Shown here: positions 1-15,207 of the stretch, in pieces
How the letters are laid out: every line of letters starts with the position of its first letter
How positions within the stretch are numbered: position 1 is the first letter of the stretch
Assembly (NCBI RefSeq): GCF_000002075.1
Contig: NW_004797687.1
Location: forward strand, 379,490-433,545
DNA length: 54,056 nucleotides
Source: Aplysia californica
Taxonomy: Eukaryota
Direction of reading: 5' to 3'
The notes under the pieces: generated by a model
Databases searched by the model: none
What the model was told of the DNA's origin: nothing
What the model saw: only the letters and a program-made list of their open reading frames with translations
Program-made: the position numbers and the translations under genes

Positions 1-638
1 CTTCCATTTATCTCTGTCCTGGGCCATCCTTCCAAGCTTGTTCCAAGTGAGCTTCATCTCTCTAATGTCCCTTTCCATGCCTCTCCTCCATGTTTCCCCT
101 GGCCTACCCCTGCCTCATGCTCCCTGTGGGTTCCACTCAATGACTATCTTGTGATGATTCCTCTGGGCTTTCTTAAGGTGTGTTTTATCCATCACCACTT
201 TCTTTGTCCTATTTCAACTTAGATCTTTTGTCCTGTCCTTTCCCACGGCTCTTTATTTCTTATTCTATCCTGCCACATAATTTTTAGAATTATAGAATAC
301 TCCTCATACATGATCTGTTGATGAAAATCTGGACTTTATTCAGTACTGTCTTCCAATTTTCACAGCTGTAGAGGAGCACAGACTTGACGTTGGAGATAAT
401 GAGTCAAATCTTGGTGTGCAGTGAGATGTTGGTCGCTTTCCAGACTTAACATTTGCCTCGGTTAAACCTTCACCATCGAAGACACTTCCAAGGTAGGTAA
501 AGGAGTTCACTTCTTCCAGAGGAGTGTCTTCCACTGCCACAGCAGGGCTTGAAACTTTTCCTAGCTTCACTACTTTTGACTTGCCTGGATGTATATGTAG
601 GCCAACATTCCTTGATAAGCTGTTGAGTTCCTTGGCTT
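1..638 (-). mobile_element. RTE-clade LINE, 5'-truncated decayed 3' fragment
   Basis: Minus-strand peptide GLHIHPGKSKVV...LEEVNSFTYLGS and a downstream WNPQG/GRGRP-type segment are typical of the RTE ORF C-terminus; same element as 29210-29908. Confidence 0.8.
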
Positions 639-659
639 CGGACAACTACCATTATTATA

Positions 660-3765
<3,106 letters not shown>

Positions 3766-4192
3766 ATATAGATATTTCACACACACAAAAAAATGACATT
3801 GAATGTTTTTTCAACAGCAGAAACACTTGGAGCATGCCCGTGGCTCAATTTCTCTGATATTGAATTAAGCCCACGCATGCATTTATACANNNNNNNNNNN
3901 NNNNNNNNNNNNNNNNNNNNNNNNNNNNNNNNNNNNNNNNNNNNNNNNNNNNNNNNNNNNNNNNNNNNNNNNNNNNNNNNNNNNNNNNNCCCTCTATCAT
4001 CCCCAAAAATAGGGATTTCCCCCCTTCGCTTACAAACTGATTCACGTCCCCCTACCCCTCCTTTTGCGGTGAGGATGGTTTCTCAACTTTCGTAGCGCCT
4101 TTTATGGTAAAATAATTTTAAAGTTCTTCGTATCAGAGTAAAACTAGACAATCACCAGACTTCGTCACTCGTTAAAGATTTTTGATCCCAAG

Positions 4193-5422
4193 TTGTATTT
4201 TTCTATGTCTCCGCATGGCATCCGGTCTGTACAAATGTCGCACCACAAAAATTCACTGTCAGATTTTTTCCCATGTGTGTTCTTTTATGTCTCTGAAGGC
4301 TGTCACTCTTTGCAAATGTTGCACCACAAACTTCACACTTGTAAAGCTTTTTTCTCCAGTGTGTATTTCTTTATGTCTCAGTAGGTTATCACTTTGTGTA
4401 AACTGTTCACCACAAACTTTACACTGGAGAGGTGTTTCTTCTGAGTAAGTATTTTCCCTAACTGTAAGCCTGGGATTATCTGAATGACCAGAATCTGTTT
4501 CTTTGTACACTTTTGGCTGTGTGGTACTAGAAGGAGACTCAGAAAAATTTACAGAACCAGAAATAGACACAGCACAAGAAAAGTTGAAACCTGAATCTTT
4601 ATTCTTGACCCTAAAGCCAGAATTTGAGACATTACATTCCAGAAGAATTGGATCAGCAGAGAAAGTTGAAGTTTGGTGAGTGGATGCAACAACATCTGTG
4701 TCTGGGTTGGAACTCTGCGCCATAGACAAACCCCTTACAGTGGAGATTTGCTGCTGTAGCCTTCCAGCCTGACTCATGTGATCCTCAACGAACATGGGCT
4801 CCTCCACATCTCCCACTTGTCCTTCTGTCTTTCCCATCTCTCCAAAGTCTGGACCCTCCCATTCAGGCACTTCCTCTTTCCCAAAAGTCTCCACTTTTGG
4901 TTTCACTTCATCATCAATGTCAGGAAAATATTCAAAATGTGGTTCAGTTTTTACCATACCAATATCTGTGAAGCACTCTGGTTTCATGACTATGACAGGT
5001 TTTATCTCTTCCTCCTCCCCAAACAAATAAATAGGCTCATCTTTTACTGCGATATTTCTGTTTTCAATGTCTGGTTCATTTTTTCTCTCGACTTTGACAT
5101 CATACGGCCATTCAAAACCAGACTCTTCTTTTATCAATGGAAGATGGATGTCTTTTACTTTTACAACAGGTTTTTGTTCTTTGAGGTCAAACAAGAACAG
5201 AGAACTGCTCCTATCTTCAGAGTAATTTTCTCCACTTGTAATATCACATTTCACATCTTCCCTTAGAGCATGAGAACTAGAACTAGAATTACTTGGTGCA
5301 CCTTGAAAAACGATGCCATCAATGCTCAGATTCATGCCTTCTCCAGAGTAAAGACTATTCACAGTGTCTTCCTCGAAATTGACATTCATCAATTGTTTTT
5401 CAGAGTTGGAAATGTCAGCCAT
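4193..5422 (-). pseudogene. N-terminal part of a ZNF gene, frameshifted after finger 1 and truncated
   Basis: Near-identical to 32515-33743; frameshift in the T-run near 4348-4355 (GEKSFTSVK instead of GKKLYKCEVC); homology ends at ~4193. Confidence 0.8.
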
Positions 5423-5610
5423 TTTTATTAATTACAATGTTGACACTACCTTTGAATTTGAAGACAGCTAGATATCTAGATCTAGATCTAGATCGCTCTC
5501 AACTGTGAATGTCCAAAAGGAAACAACCTTAAATTAGGCCTACTTTCTTAAATTTTGCAAAACTGCCGCCTACTGAATCAACGACTACCATTGGTCAATT
5601 CAGAGTTTAA

Positions 5611-5839
5611 CTCTTTCAATACGCAGGGGATTCTGCAATTTTACCCAACAAGGCGCGAAGGATGCTATCATAAAACGGCTGTAATTCAGTCAAATATTGA
5701 TGGATTCGTTTGTTTGAGCACTCAAACCATTCGTAATTGTACAGAAAATCGCAATATGCGTGAAAATAGGTTTAGATCTTGGGGTTGACGAAATTGCTAC
5801 CCCAAAACGTCACTTAAGTGGCGATCCGGAATCAAAGAG
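5611..5839. mobile_element. piggyBac-type MITE (229 bp) upstream of ZNF
   Basis: TTAA at 5607-5610 and 5840-5843; termini CTCTTT...AAAGAG; single TTAA empty site at 33928-33931. Confidence 0.9.
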
Positions 5840-6131
5840 TTAAGGACGTTATTCACAAATTCCACAAGCTTGTAGATCTACAACAATTTAAATTTAAGTC
5901 CTAGATCTAGCCTCTAGACTCTCACTAGATCTAGACCGAGGATTCTAGGCCCGACTAGATCCAGATCTAGATTAGTTTGGCACTGTCACCTCAGTGAAAG
6001 TTTAGCTTTATGGGATCTTAGTGACCCTTCTCTACTTCTACACTGCACCAAATTGAAAGTAAAATTATATATATATCTATGATGGCAAGTTGAGACTGAG
6101 TCCTTTACCAGTTTTTCCAGGTTTTAACACA

Positions 6132-6192
6132 CTAGATCTAGATCTAGACATTTATTATATCTAGAGATCTAGATCTAGATATCTAGATCTAT
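6132..6192. repeat. (TAGATC)n palindromic micro-array; also at 5468-5493, 5874-5972, 33789-33814, 34221-34279
   Basis: Overlapping TAGATCTA units read directly. Confidence 0.85.
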
Positions 6193-6759
6193 CAGATCAC
6201 AAACTGCCCCCCAAGTGTCCCGGTATTAATTACTTGGAACAATTACAAAATTATTATTGATTGAATCATAAACAGACATCAGCACACATGAACTCCTCCA
6301 AACTCTCCAAACTTTGCACAGTAATATTCTGATCAGCAAATAAACATTTCAATGAGGATAAACCGACAAAATATTCATTTCGTGCTCCAAATTGGACAGT
6401 GCAGAATGTAGTATGAGGATAGAGATCACCCATTGATTTTGTAAACAAAGAACTGATGAGCCGCATCGATCAAACAAGTGTGACGTGTGAAATGTGAAGA
6501 GCATAGATCTACCACAGTTTTAGCAGTTAGCTTTGTAATAGACCGGAGAAATAAGAGCTCCCAACTTACGTGTTTATCCAATTTCGCACATAATATTTTA
6601 ATTTACAGTGACAATTAATAGCTTTTACTTGCGTGAACTCCACGCAATACGATGCTAGTNNNNNNNNNNNNNNNNNNNNNNNNNNNNNNNNNNNNNNNNN
6701 NNNNNNNNNNNNNNNNNNNNNNNNNNNNNNNNNNNNNNNNNNNNNNNNNNNNNNNNNNN

Positions 6760-7918
6760 AGAGATATCATAAAGACCAAACAAAAAAATGAGTCAAATAC
6801 CACAGTCAAATTGGGGTCATTCTCTTTCAAACAAACTGGGACCGACCGCTATTTAACCCGATACAAAATCCCAAATGTAGAGAATGTTACGGTCAAAGCT
6901 AGAAATGTAGGTCTGTTGCTTAATGGGGGGAAAATTGGAATCTCTTTGCTTCACAACACTGCTGCAGAGACTTGACTCTATCTTCTAAACGGTTGAAATA
7001 ATTAAGCCAACTCTTGTCTTTCACAAATGGTCTATAAATAGCCCTTGGGTTCCCAATTTTGTCGTCTCTGCATTCCTTCGACGTGTTTTTATTTTATTTG
7101 TTTTTCTAGCTCAGATTTGGAAAGGGGTACTATTTTGTCTTACTGCTATTGTTGAATATCCTTCTTTTTTTTTCTTTTTTTTTGCTGCCCGGTTTATTAT
7201 ATTATTATTTTTTATACTTGCTTTGGGATTTGTTTCATAAACAAAGCTTTATTCAACTAGCGCTATTTTTGCAAAAGAAAAAAACAACGAAAGGGACCTC
7301 AAAACAAGTGACCAATCAAACTCTAGTGCCGTTTTTATTCTCCTTTTTGCGCGTAAATATTTGCCATAGACTTAGATCAGTCTATATAGTTCATATCTTT
7401 ATTCAGGCGGCTGTCTTCATATTTTGGTCGTGCATGATCGATGATCAATGAAAGATTTGAACGGGAACAATTCTTATATTTCTTTGGCATCGATACAGAC
7501 ACTCAGACACTATTATTTTATTTAATTTTGACCACTAAATAAAATCTAGCTAATTTATTACGGTTAACTATGCCCAAGAAACTTAACGCGTAGCTTTTTT
7601 GCAGGCCAGCAACCAAACAAAAATGTAATACTACAGCATTTGTCTTTGGGTTTTTTTCATTGAAATATCTTGATGTAATAATAATTAAAACAAAAAATCC
7701 TCTGTCTAGGCTCACATTGCTTTTTTGGTGAATACAGAGGATTAGCATGGGTGGTTGACGGGTGCTCTGGTGTGGTTTGTTCCTTCTTTCCTATCAAACA
7801 CCTATCGTATCTCTCCTTATTCTTCTTTTTTTATGGTAGTTACTCTTAACACCTCTAATAATTATCTTCTGGCGCTCATATGACCTTACGCAGCTGCAAG
7901 CGCCGTAAAACCTTTACT
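6760..7918. repeat. Visible part of the left inverted-repeat arm in copy A (reverse complement of 12519-13671)
   Basis: ORF 7149..7451(+) mirrors 12984..13253(-); nucleotide reverse-complement match. Confidence 0.92.
7748..7918 (+). mobile_element. I/Nimb-like LINE 3' end fragment (also 12519-12690 -, 19141-19199 -, 21719-21870 -, 40069-40240 +, 44805-44980 -)
   Basis: Terminal motif ggcgctcatatgacctta...gcgccgtaaaa followed by an A-rich tail; shared with the tail of the SINE at 10121; clade assignment is from recalled consensus. Confidence 0.55.
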
Positions 7919-8429
7919 NNNNNNNNNNNNNNNNNNNNNNNNNNNNNNNNNNNNNNNNNNNNNNNNNNNNNNNNNNNNNNNNNNNNNNNNNNNNNNNNNN
8001 NNNNNNNNNNNNNNNNNNNNNNNNNNNNNNNNNNNNNNNNNNNNNNNNNNNNNNNNNGCTATCTCTCACGTCAAGTGTAGCCTATCTCTTTGTAGTACAT
8101 TACTACTCGGACTATTTTAGCTCACCATTAAAAATCTAAGGGTTTAGGACTCAAAGTCCTCCATTTCGGATATTAATTAAAAGTTTTAAGGAACAGACTC
8201 CCGTGCAGTCGTGTAAGATTGGTTTTTACCACATAGTGTAATGCATAGAGCTGGAGTTATTCGCCTAAATCGAGAGCGCTGTCGGATCTGTCTTTCTGTC
8301 TTCATAATTATTGTATTTCTTGTAGTGCCCACATTAACTATACCTAAGTGTGGGGTCATCCCATCACACGTTCTGGTGACGTCATAGTTTTTGAAAAAAT
8401 AACCTTGCTGATGATTACAAAACAAGAAG

Positions 8430-9835
8430 ATAATAATAATAATGATAATAATAAAGATCATTTCTATAATGCTCTAGGCGCTTTACATAAATGCATGTAC
8501 AAGCAATATTCACCCACACGATACACACACCCACATGATACACACACCCACACACACACACACATACACACATACACCCATACACACACAAACGCACACA
8601 CACNNNNNNNNNNNNNNNNNNNNNNNNNNNNNNNNNNNNNNNNNNNNNNNNNNNNNNNNNNNNNNNNNNNNNNNNNNNNNNNNNNNNNNNNNNNNNNNNN
8701 NNNNNNNNNNNNNNNNNNNNNNNNNNNNNNNNNNNNNNNNNNNNNNNNNNNNNNNNNNNNNNNNNNNNNNNNNNNNNNNNNNNNNNNNNNNNNNNNTATC
8801 ACATGCGCACGCTTACACATCATTACGAAATGAGCACATTCACATACATAATAGAATAATATATACACAATGCAATTCGCAAAATACATAAATGGATACG
8901 TAGTCATTTAAATAACATTGTACTGAACATGAATCTACTGACGTAAAAATTATGTCTTTAAATGTGTCTTTAAAGATTCTTTAAATTTAAACTCAGATGT
9001 TGTATGTCTCAAGGGTTGGGGAAGAGAAGTTCCAAACTGATGGAGCAAGGTGGGCAAACGATCTTTCAGCTAATTTTTTACCCCCTTTTCTAGGAACTCT
9101 TAAAATATACTGATCGCATGATCTTAGTGATCTAGATGAAACATAAATCTGGATGAGATGACTAAGATATGAGGGAGCTTTGTTATTGACACATTTATGA
9201 CAAAATATTGCAATTTTATATGACATTCTAGCTGACACGGGAAGCCAATCCAACATTTTTAACATGGGAGTAACGTGATCCCTCTTCTTTTTCTTTAGTA
9301 CAAGCCTAGCAGCATGATTTCGAAAACGTAACTTGTGAAGAGTGGTATTTGGTAAGTTAGCTAGTAAAGCATTGCAATTTAATAATCAATGCGTGAAAAC
9401 AAGAAAGATGACACGAGCGTTTTCATCGAGTGTTCATTCAAAAACATAGACATATGACCAATTCTACGCAATTCACCAAAAAAAATGGTACACAAATAAT
9501 TGATATGATGTTCCATTGACAATTTAGAATCAAAATACACTCCCAGATTTTTTTGCTTTATCAGTAAAATACAGTTTTTCATTTTCAGTACAAATATGAT
9601 AAAAGTCTATGGGGACATGGCTTTTCCTTGGGTTACATAAAAGAATTTCAATTTTATTTTCATTAAGCTGGAAGTTATTATCAATCATCCACATCTTTAC
9701 TTTATCAATACACAGACTAATAATATGGTGTTAAGCAAGGTTTTAACATCTGATGGTGGAATAGATTTATAAATATAACTGTGTATCGTCTGCATACGAG
9801 TGATAATTCATATTTTGCTTTCTGATCACAGCTCC
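8430..9835 (-). mobile_element. L2/CR1-group LINE 3' portion, decayed
   Basis: Minus strand encodes HSYADDTQLY (RT motif, ~9774-9803), QLNENKTE, KNLGVYFDSKLSM, SRIDYCNALL, LDWLPVSARMSYKI; 3' end gtaaagcgcctagagc...(tta)n tail. Confidence 0.9.
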
Positions 9836-9849
9836 AAACTAGCCTGGAC

Positions 9850-9908
9850 ACGATTAGAGACACAACCTTAACGATCGTGAGTCCAGCTGTCTAACCAATG
9901 GGCCATCC
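9850..9908 (-). mobile_element. Degenerate tRNA-derived SINE head
   Basis: Reverse complement gatggcccattggttagacagctggactcacgatcg... has an A-box-like motif and a decayed B box. Confidence 0.4.
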
Positions 9909-10120
9909 TATCTACACCTTGAGCTAAAAATTGCGAAAATTATAATTATACGTAGCTACTTAAAAGTGACTCACCGGTTGGTTGACGGCCGGGTGTTCTG
10001 GTGCAGGCGTGTCCTTTTTAATGTTTCCTCTCAATAGTATCAAATATCGTCCTTATCTCTCCTTCTGTTCATTGTAAACAACTTTCTAGTATCGCCAGAG
10101 ATTTTTACAGTGCCCCCACG

Positions 10121-10680
10121 GGGCTCTCGTTGCCTAGAGGTTAAGGTGTTCGCCTCTCATTCAATAGGTCCTGGGTTCGAATCCGGAAGCGACGGACATT
10201 TTTCTTCTCTAAAATGGTCTCCTTTCACCTCCTTTTCTGCTCTCCAGCAATGTTCTGTCGTCTGTTTTCGACTCTGCTTTCTGCACCCACCCCTTCACCT
10301 CCTTTGCCCCCTCCTCTGGGCTCCTGACTCTTTCTGCAGCCTTTCTACAGTTACTCCTTGGCTCCTTCTTACTGCTGTCTTTTAGCCACACCCCTGATCT
10401 TAGGGTGGGAAAGGTCAACGCCTAACATGCTCAGACAAGGGCGAAAAATCTCGGAGGTTCTTGTGTGCAAGTTGTGCTCATTAAAGATTCCTATTTTTTT
10501 ATTTGGTGATGGTCCAACATCGATAAGAGTATGTTTCTGCTGCCATCCAGGAAAAATTCAAAGTTTACTACCTACCAACTGAAAATGTTTAATGTGTCTC
10601 ACGCGCTCATATGACCTTATGCAGTTGCGAGCGGTGAAAAAAAAACAACAAAAAAAAACAAACACACAACCAAAACAACA
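10121..10680 (+). mobile_element. tRNA-head SINE with Deu/Nin-like core and I/Nimb-like tail
   Basis: A box TGCCTAGAGG 10131-10140, B box GGTTCGAATCC 10174-10184; core ttgtgctcattaaagattcc...taagagta...ccaggaaaaattcaaa resembles the Deu/Nin domain; tail gcgctcatatgaccttatgcagttgcgagcggtgaaaa + A/C-rich repeat. Confidence 0.75.
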
Positions 10681-10704
10681 ACACCAACACACACCAACAC
10701 ACAC

Positions 10705-10753
<49 letters not shown>

Positions 10754-11551
10754 AAACTGGCGCCTCTCGCTGTTACTGTAAACACTCTCATGGTATCATC
10801 TTCAATCTTTGCTGCTTTTAAATGTGACCTATAAGATTTGCTTTGCAGGGACCATAAAACTTCCACTGGAGTTAAAATGAAAGAATTATAATATGTAGAT
10901 CTAAGTCGGGAAATATTACAATGACGTGCTGTTACTGTAAATGCTATGAAAACTGAGTAGGCTAGAGTAGGCTATTTCCTGAGAATAGCACCCCTCATCG
11001 GACCAGATAGGCCTAGCCAGTGGCGAAGCGTCGAAATCAAATAATTTTCCCATCCTAATTTTGAAACATTGTCGTAGTCAAAATCACCCTTAAACGTAAA
11101 CCTCATAAATTAAATGTAAAAAGACGTTCATAATCACCAATGAACAGTATGCCTAACATTCTAAGCGCTTTCATTTTATTGCCACAGAAATTGCCCGTTT
11201 TGTATTTTCTAATACAAAAGACCTTTTCTGAGTTGCTCCAGGATATGGCTGATGCAACGACAGTCCTTGTTTGACAAGTTCCCATTTGAGCATAGATTCG
11301 GCGTCCAGTTGATCAAACATATTTCATCCCAAATTTGGTGCAGATCTGCGCAGAATTGGAGAAGTTAGATCTATTAATTGTTTCCTCGAGGTCATTGAGT
11401 CTGGGACAGTAGTTATATTATAACATACATATATAGATATTTCACACACAAAAAAAATGACATTGAATGTTTTTTCAACAGCAGAAACACTTGGAGCATG
11501 CCGGTGGCTCAATTTCTCTGATATTGAATTAAGCCCACGCATGCATTTATA

Positions 11552-12389
11552 CAATGGAGTCCACTTATAACGAGTCCTGAAACAACGATAAATCTGTTAT
11601 AAAGACACTCTTCTAAAACCCCGTTTTTTTCCCCTTCTTTATCTTTGTGAATAAAATACTGCTATAGCGCAACCAGACAAACACGGGAGTCGGTTATAGC
11701 GTATTATTGATGCTGCTGTGCACAGCGCATAAGCCATTTATACATAATGTAACACCTCGCCAGTTGAGAAACTTGTTGGTGATCTAGCGAAACCTAGAAC
11801 CTTACATCAACTCCTTGAGCGAAACAAAGAATGGGAGAGCCCACGTTTGCTAACAATGAAGGTCAGAGCAATGAGTGGGGAGGGTGTGGTATGCGCAGAC
11901 AAGCAGAACGCATTGCGTGATAGGCCAGCCTAGTCTAAATTTCTACCCAGGCCCTCAGTTCTCCGATGCGGGGATGGAGAGGTCACAATGCTGTGATGGA
12001 TGGAGTGAAAGGGTATGCAACGTGCGCAAGCAGACGAAACTCACCACAGGGTATGGTGGGGTGGGGGGCAACCAAGGAGTTTAGAACTTTTAATCTCCTT
12101 GGGGACAACACAGCGGGCGAGTTAGCCCAGAGCGCATTCTTTCTGATCGCCAACGCCGTGCTGTCAACATCGCTAGCGCTAGGGAAAGAAACCCGATTCG
12201 ATTTTTGATCAAGTAAGACCAAGAGGTCATGTTGAACAATGTCATCATCAGGGGAGATAACAAAAAGAAATAAACAGAACACTAAACTCGTAGATTAGAC
12301 CTACTTTATTATTTCCATTTATTACTGGATTCCCTATAACGAGAATCCTGGTATAACTTTTGCACCGGTCACCTCCCTCTCGTTATAAC
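11552..12389. mobile_element. pogo/Tigger-like (Tc1/mariner) non-autonomous element; right end runs into the gap
   Basis: TA|CA(A/G)TGGAGTCCACTTATAACGAG left TIR; CTCGTTATAAC at right; complete in the duplicate 43872-44725. Confidence 0.8.
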
Positions 12390-14212
12390 NNNNNNNNNNN
12401 NNNNNNNNNNNNNNNNNNNNNNNNNNNNNNNNNNNNNNNNNNNNNNNNNNNNNNNNNNNNNNNNNNNNNNNNNNNNNNNNNNNNNNNNNNNNNNNNNNNN
12501 NNNNNNNNNNNNNNNNNNTTTACGGCGCTCGCAGCTGCGTAAGGTCATATGAGCGCCAGAAGATAATTATTAGAGGTGTTAAGAGTAACTACCATAAAAA
12601 AAAAAGAAGAATAAGGAGAGATACGATAGGCGTTTGATAGGAAAGAAGGAATAAACCACACCAGAGCACCCGCCAACCACCCATGCTAATCCTCTGTATG
12701 CACCAAAAAAGCAATGTGAGCCTAGACAGAGGATTTTTTGTTTTAATTATAATTAATGCATCAAGATATTTCAATGAAAAAAAAACAAAGACAAATACTG
12801 TAGTATTACATTTTTGTTTGGTTGCTGGCCTGCAAAAAAAGCTACACGTTAAGTTTCTTGGGCATAGTTAACCGTAATAAATTAGCTAGATTTTATTTAG
12901 TGGTCAAAATAAAATAAAATAATAGTGTCTGAGTGTCTGTATCGATGCCAAAGAAATATAAGAATTGTTCCCGTTCAAATCTTTCATTGATCATCGATCA
13001 TGCACGACCAAAATATGAAGACAGCCGCCTGAATAAAGATATGAACTATATAGACTGATCTAAGTCTATGGCAAATATTTACGCGCAAAAAGGAGAATAA
13101 AAACGGCACTAGAGTTTGATTGGTCACTTGTTTTGAGGTCCCTTTCGTTGTTTTTTTCTTTTGCAAAAATAGCGCTAGTTGAATAAAGCTTTGTTTGTGA
13201 AACAAATCCCAAAGCAAGTATAAAAAATAATAATATAATAAACCGGGCAGCAAAAACAGAAAAAAAGAAGGATATTCAACAATAGCAGTAAGACAAAATA
13301 GTACCCCTTTCCAAATCTGAGCTAGAAAAACAAATAAAATAAAAACACGTCGAAGGAATGCAGAGACGACAAAATTGGGAACCCACCAAGGGCTATTTAT
13401 AGACCATTGGTGAAAGACAAGAGTTGGCTTAATTATTTCAACCGTTTAGAAGATAGAGTCAAGTCTCTGCAGCAGTGTTGTGAAGCAAAGAGATTCCAAT
13501 TTTCCCCCCCATTAAGCAACAGACCTACATTTCTAGCTTTGACCGTAACATTCTCTACATTTGGGATTTTTTATCGGGAAAGCGGTCGGTCCCAGTTTGT
13601 TTGAAAGAGAATGACCCCGATTTGACTGTGGTATTTGACTCATTTTTTTGTTTGGTCTTTATGATATCTCTCTTCTCTTAAGATAGTCTTTATCTTTACA
13701 CTTTTTCTGACAAAGTGAACTTGATCTTAAGGTGGGAAGAGTGACTTGATAGTGTTAAATCTATTGAAACGTTGAAAGAAAGGAGCGACGCGGACAGCCT
13801 CCATCGCGGCCATTTTTGACTGACGGCGAGTGATTGTCGACGAGCTAGCTCTCGTAAAAAGCTTAATATCTACCGATGTTTCGGGTTTTGTGAAAGAATG
13901 ATAACGTACCACGCAAGCCCACCATTAAAACTGACAATATTCAAAATAAACGAATGTTTTCTATCAATGATCTTTGTGAAATTGTCCAATTTCCACGGTT
14001 GTAATTTGACGACGCCGTAAGAAGTGTGCTGCGACACGTGGCAAAACAATAGAAAAACAATATTTCTACAAAATGCAAAGACACAAATTCTCTGAGAACA
14101 TCAGCAAAAATAAGTTTTCTATCTTGAGAAGGGAAATTAGGAGCGATGTACACCTCGTAAACGCATGCATTTTAATTTCAAGTGATGTCGATGTGACAGC
14201 GAGCGCATGTTT

Positions 14213-14499
14213 TATCGATAGAAAAATTTGATTTTTGCACCGCACACTACACAATTTGCATAAAAAGGGGTAATAATTTCTTGGTTAACCATTTATCTAG
14301 CCTTGAAGGACTATGAAAGAAACATTTAGTTTACTGCATTAAGTTGTAGCTCGGAGATCTACATGTTCTTGCACAGATTCGCACAGCCTAACGAAATAGA
14401 CGACATCGGCGCAGCAAAAAATACACCGTGACGTAGGTGCTCTCTCGGACGTCCGCGCGAAATGGTCATATAGCAAGCGCTCGCCGTGATCCGTCAGTT
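14213..14499 (+). promoter_or_regulatory. Histone H1 promoter
   Basis: DRE TATCGATA 14213-14220, octamer ATTTGCAT 14254-14261, AAAATACAC (H1-box-like) ~14418, TGACGT 14429, E2F GCGCGAAA 14455-14462, TATA-like 14469, Inr TCAGTT 14494-14499. Confidence 0.7.
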
Positions 14500-14578
14500 C
14501 AGAATCAGCACTCGTTGCGAAGTGACCACTCTCTTTTTTCATTTTCCGCCCTCGTCTTCGTTCACATTTTCACTCACA

Positions 14579-15154
14579 ATGTCTGACGCTCCAGCTGCTG
14601 CCCCAGCCAAGGCTACCCCCAAGAAGAAGGCTCCCGCCAAGCCTAAAGCCCCCGCCGCTCACCCTCAGTACAAGGTGATGGTCGCTGCCGCCATCTCTGC
14701 ACTGAAGGAGCGCGGTGGCTCTTCCCGCCAGGCCATTCTCAAGTACATCATGGCCAACTACAAGGTCGGTGATAACCCCACTGCCATCAACGCTCGTCTC
14801 AAGACTGCCCTCAAGGCCGGCGTCAAGGCTGGAACCCTGAAGCAAGCTAAGGGAACTGGCGCTGCCGGCTCTTTCCGCCTGGGAGAGAAGAAAGTGGAGA
14901 AAAAACCCGCCAAGAAAGTTGCCAAGAAACCCAAGTCCCCCAAGAAGGCGGCCAAGCCCAAGAAAGCCGCTGCCAAGAAGCCAAAATCTCCCAAGAAGGC
15001 CGCCGCCAAGAAACCTGCTGCCAAAAAAGCCGCTGCCAAACCCAAGAAGGCCAAGAGCCCAGCCAAGAAAGCCGCCAAGCCCAAGGCTGCTGCCAAAAAG
15101 CCAGCGGCAAAGAAGGCTGCTGCCAAGCCCAAGAAGGCTGCTGCCAAGAAGTAA
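14579..15154 (+). CDS. H1: Histone H1 (linker histone), 191 aa, intronless
   Basis: ATG at 14579 ([11 protein letters not shown]); globular domain [30 protein letters not shown]...[10 protein letters not shown]; K/A/P-rich tail with SPKK motifs. Confidence 0.98.
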   Translation: MSDAPAAAPAKATPKKKAPAKPKAPAAHPQYKVMVAAAISALKERGGSSRQAILKYIMANYKVGDNPTAINARLKTALKAGVKAGTLKQAKGTGAAGSFRLGEKKVEKKPAKKVAKKPKSPKKAAKPKKAAAKKPKSPKKAAAKKPAAKKAAAKPKKAKSPAKKAAKPKAAAKKPAAKKAAAKPKKAAAKK

Positions 15155-15191
15155 GCAGCTGGTTTTCCCACATCCAGCAACCTCACAATAC

Positions 15192-15207
15192 GGTCCTTTT
15201 CAGGACC
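15192..15207 (+). terminator. Histone mRNA 3' stem-loop
   Basis: GGTCCT-TTTC-AGGACC followed by ACC, 37 nt after the stop. Confidence 0.97.

Noticed and set aside
6452-6495. CTGATGAG...GAAA hammerhead-like core
   Set aside because: No convincing stems II/III or cleavage triplet pairing
8348-8907. HT/VC-repeat ORFs (also 10558-10866, 19273-19885, 43056-43392, 51717-52319) and the ER-repeat ORF 52871-53347
   Set aside because: Microsatellite or N-gap translation artefacts
10121-10193. Functional tRNA gene
   Set aside because: Acceptor and anticodon stems do not pair, and it continues into a SINE body
14486-14578. 31-aa N-terminal extension of H1 in the ORF track (also 38177-38269)
   Set aside because: Starts at GTG upstream of the putative Inr; the typical H1 start MSDAPA is at 14579
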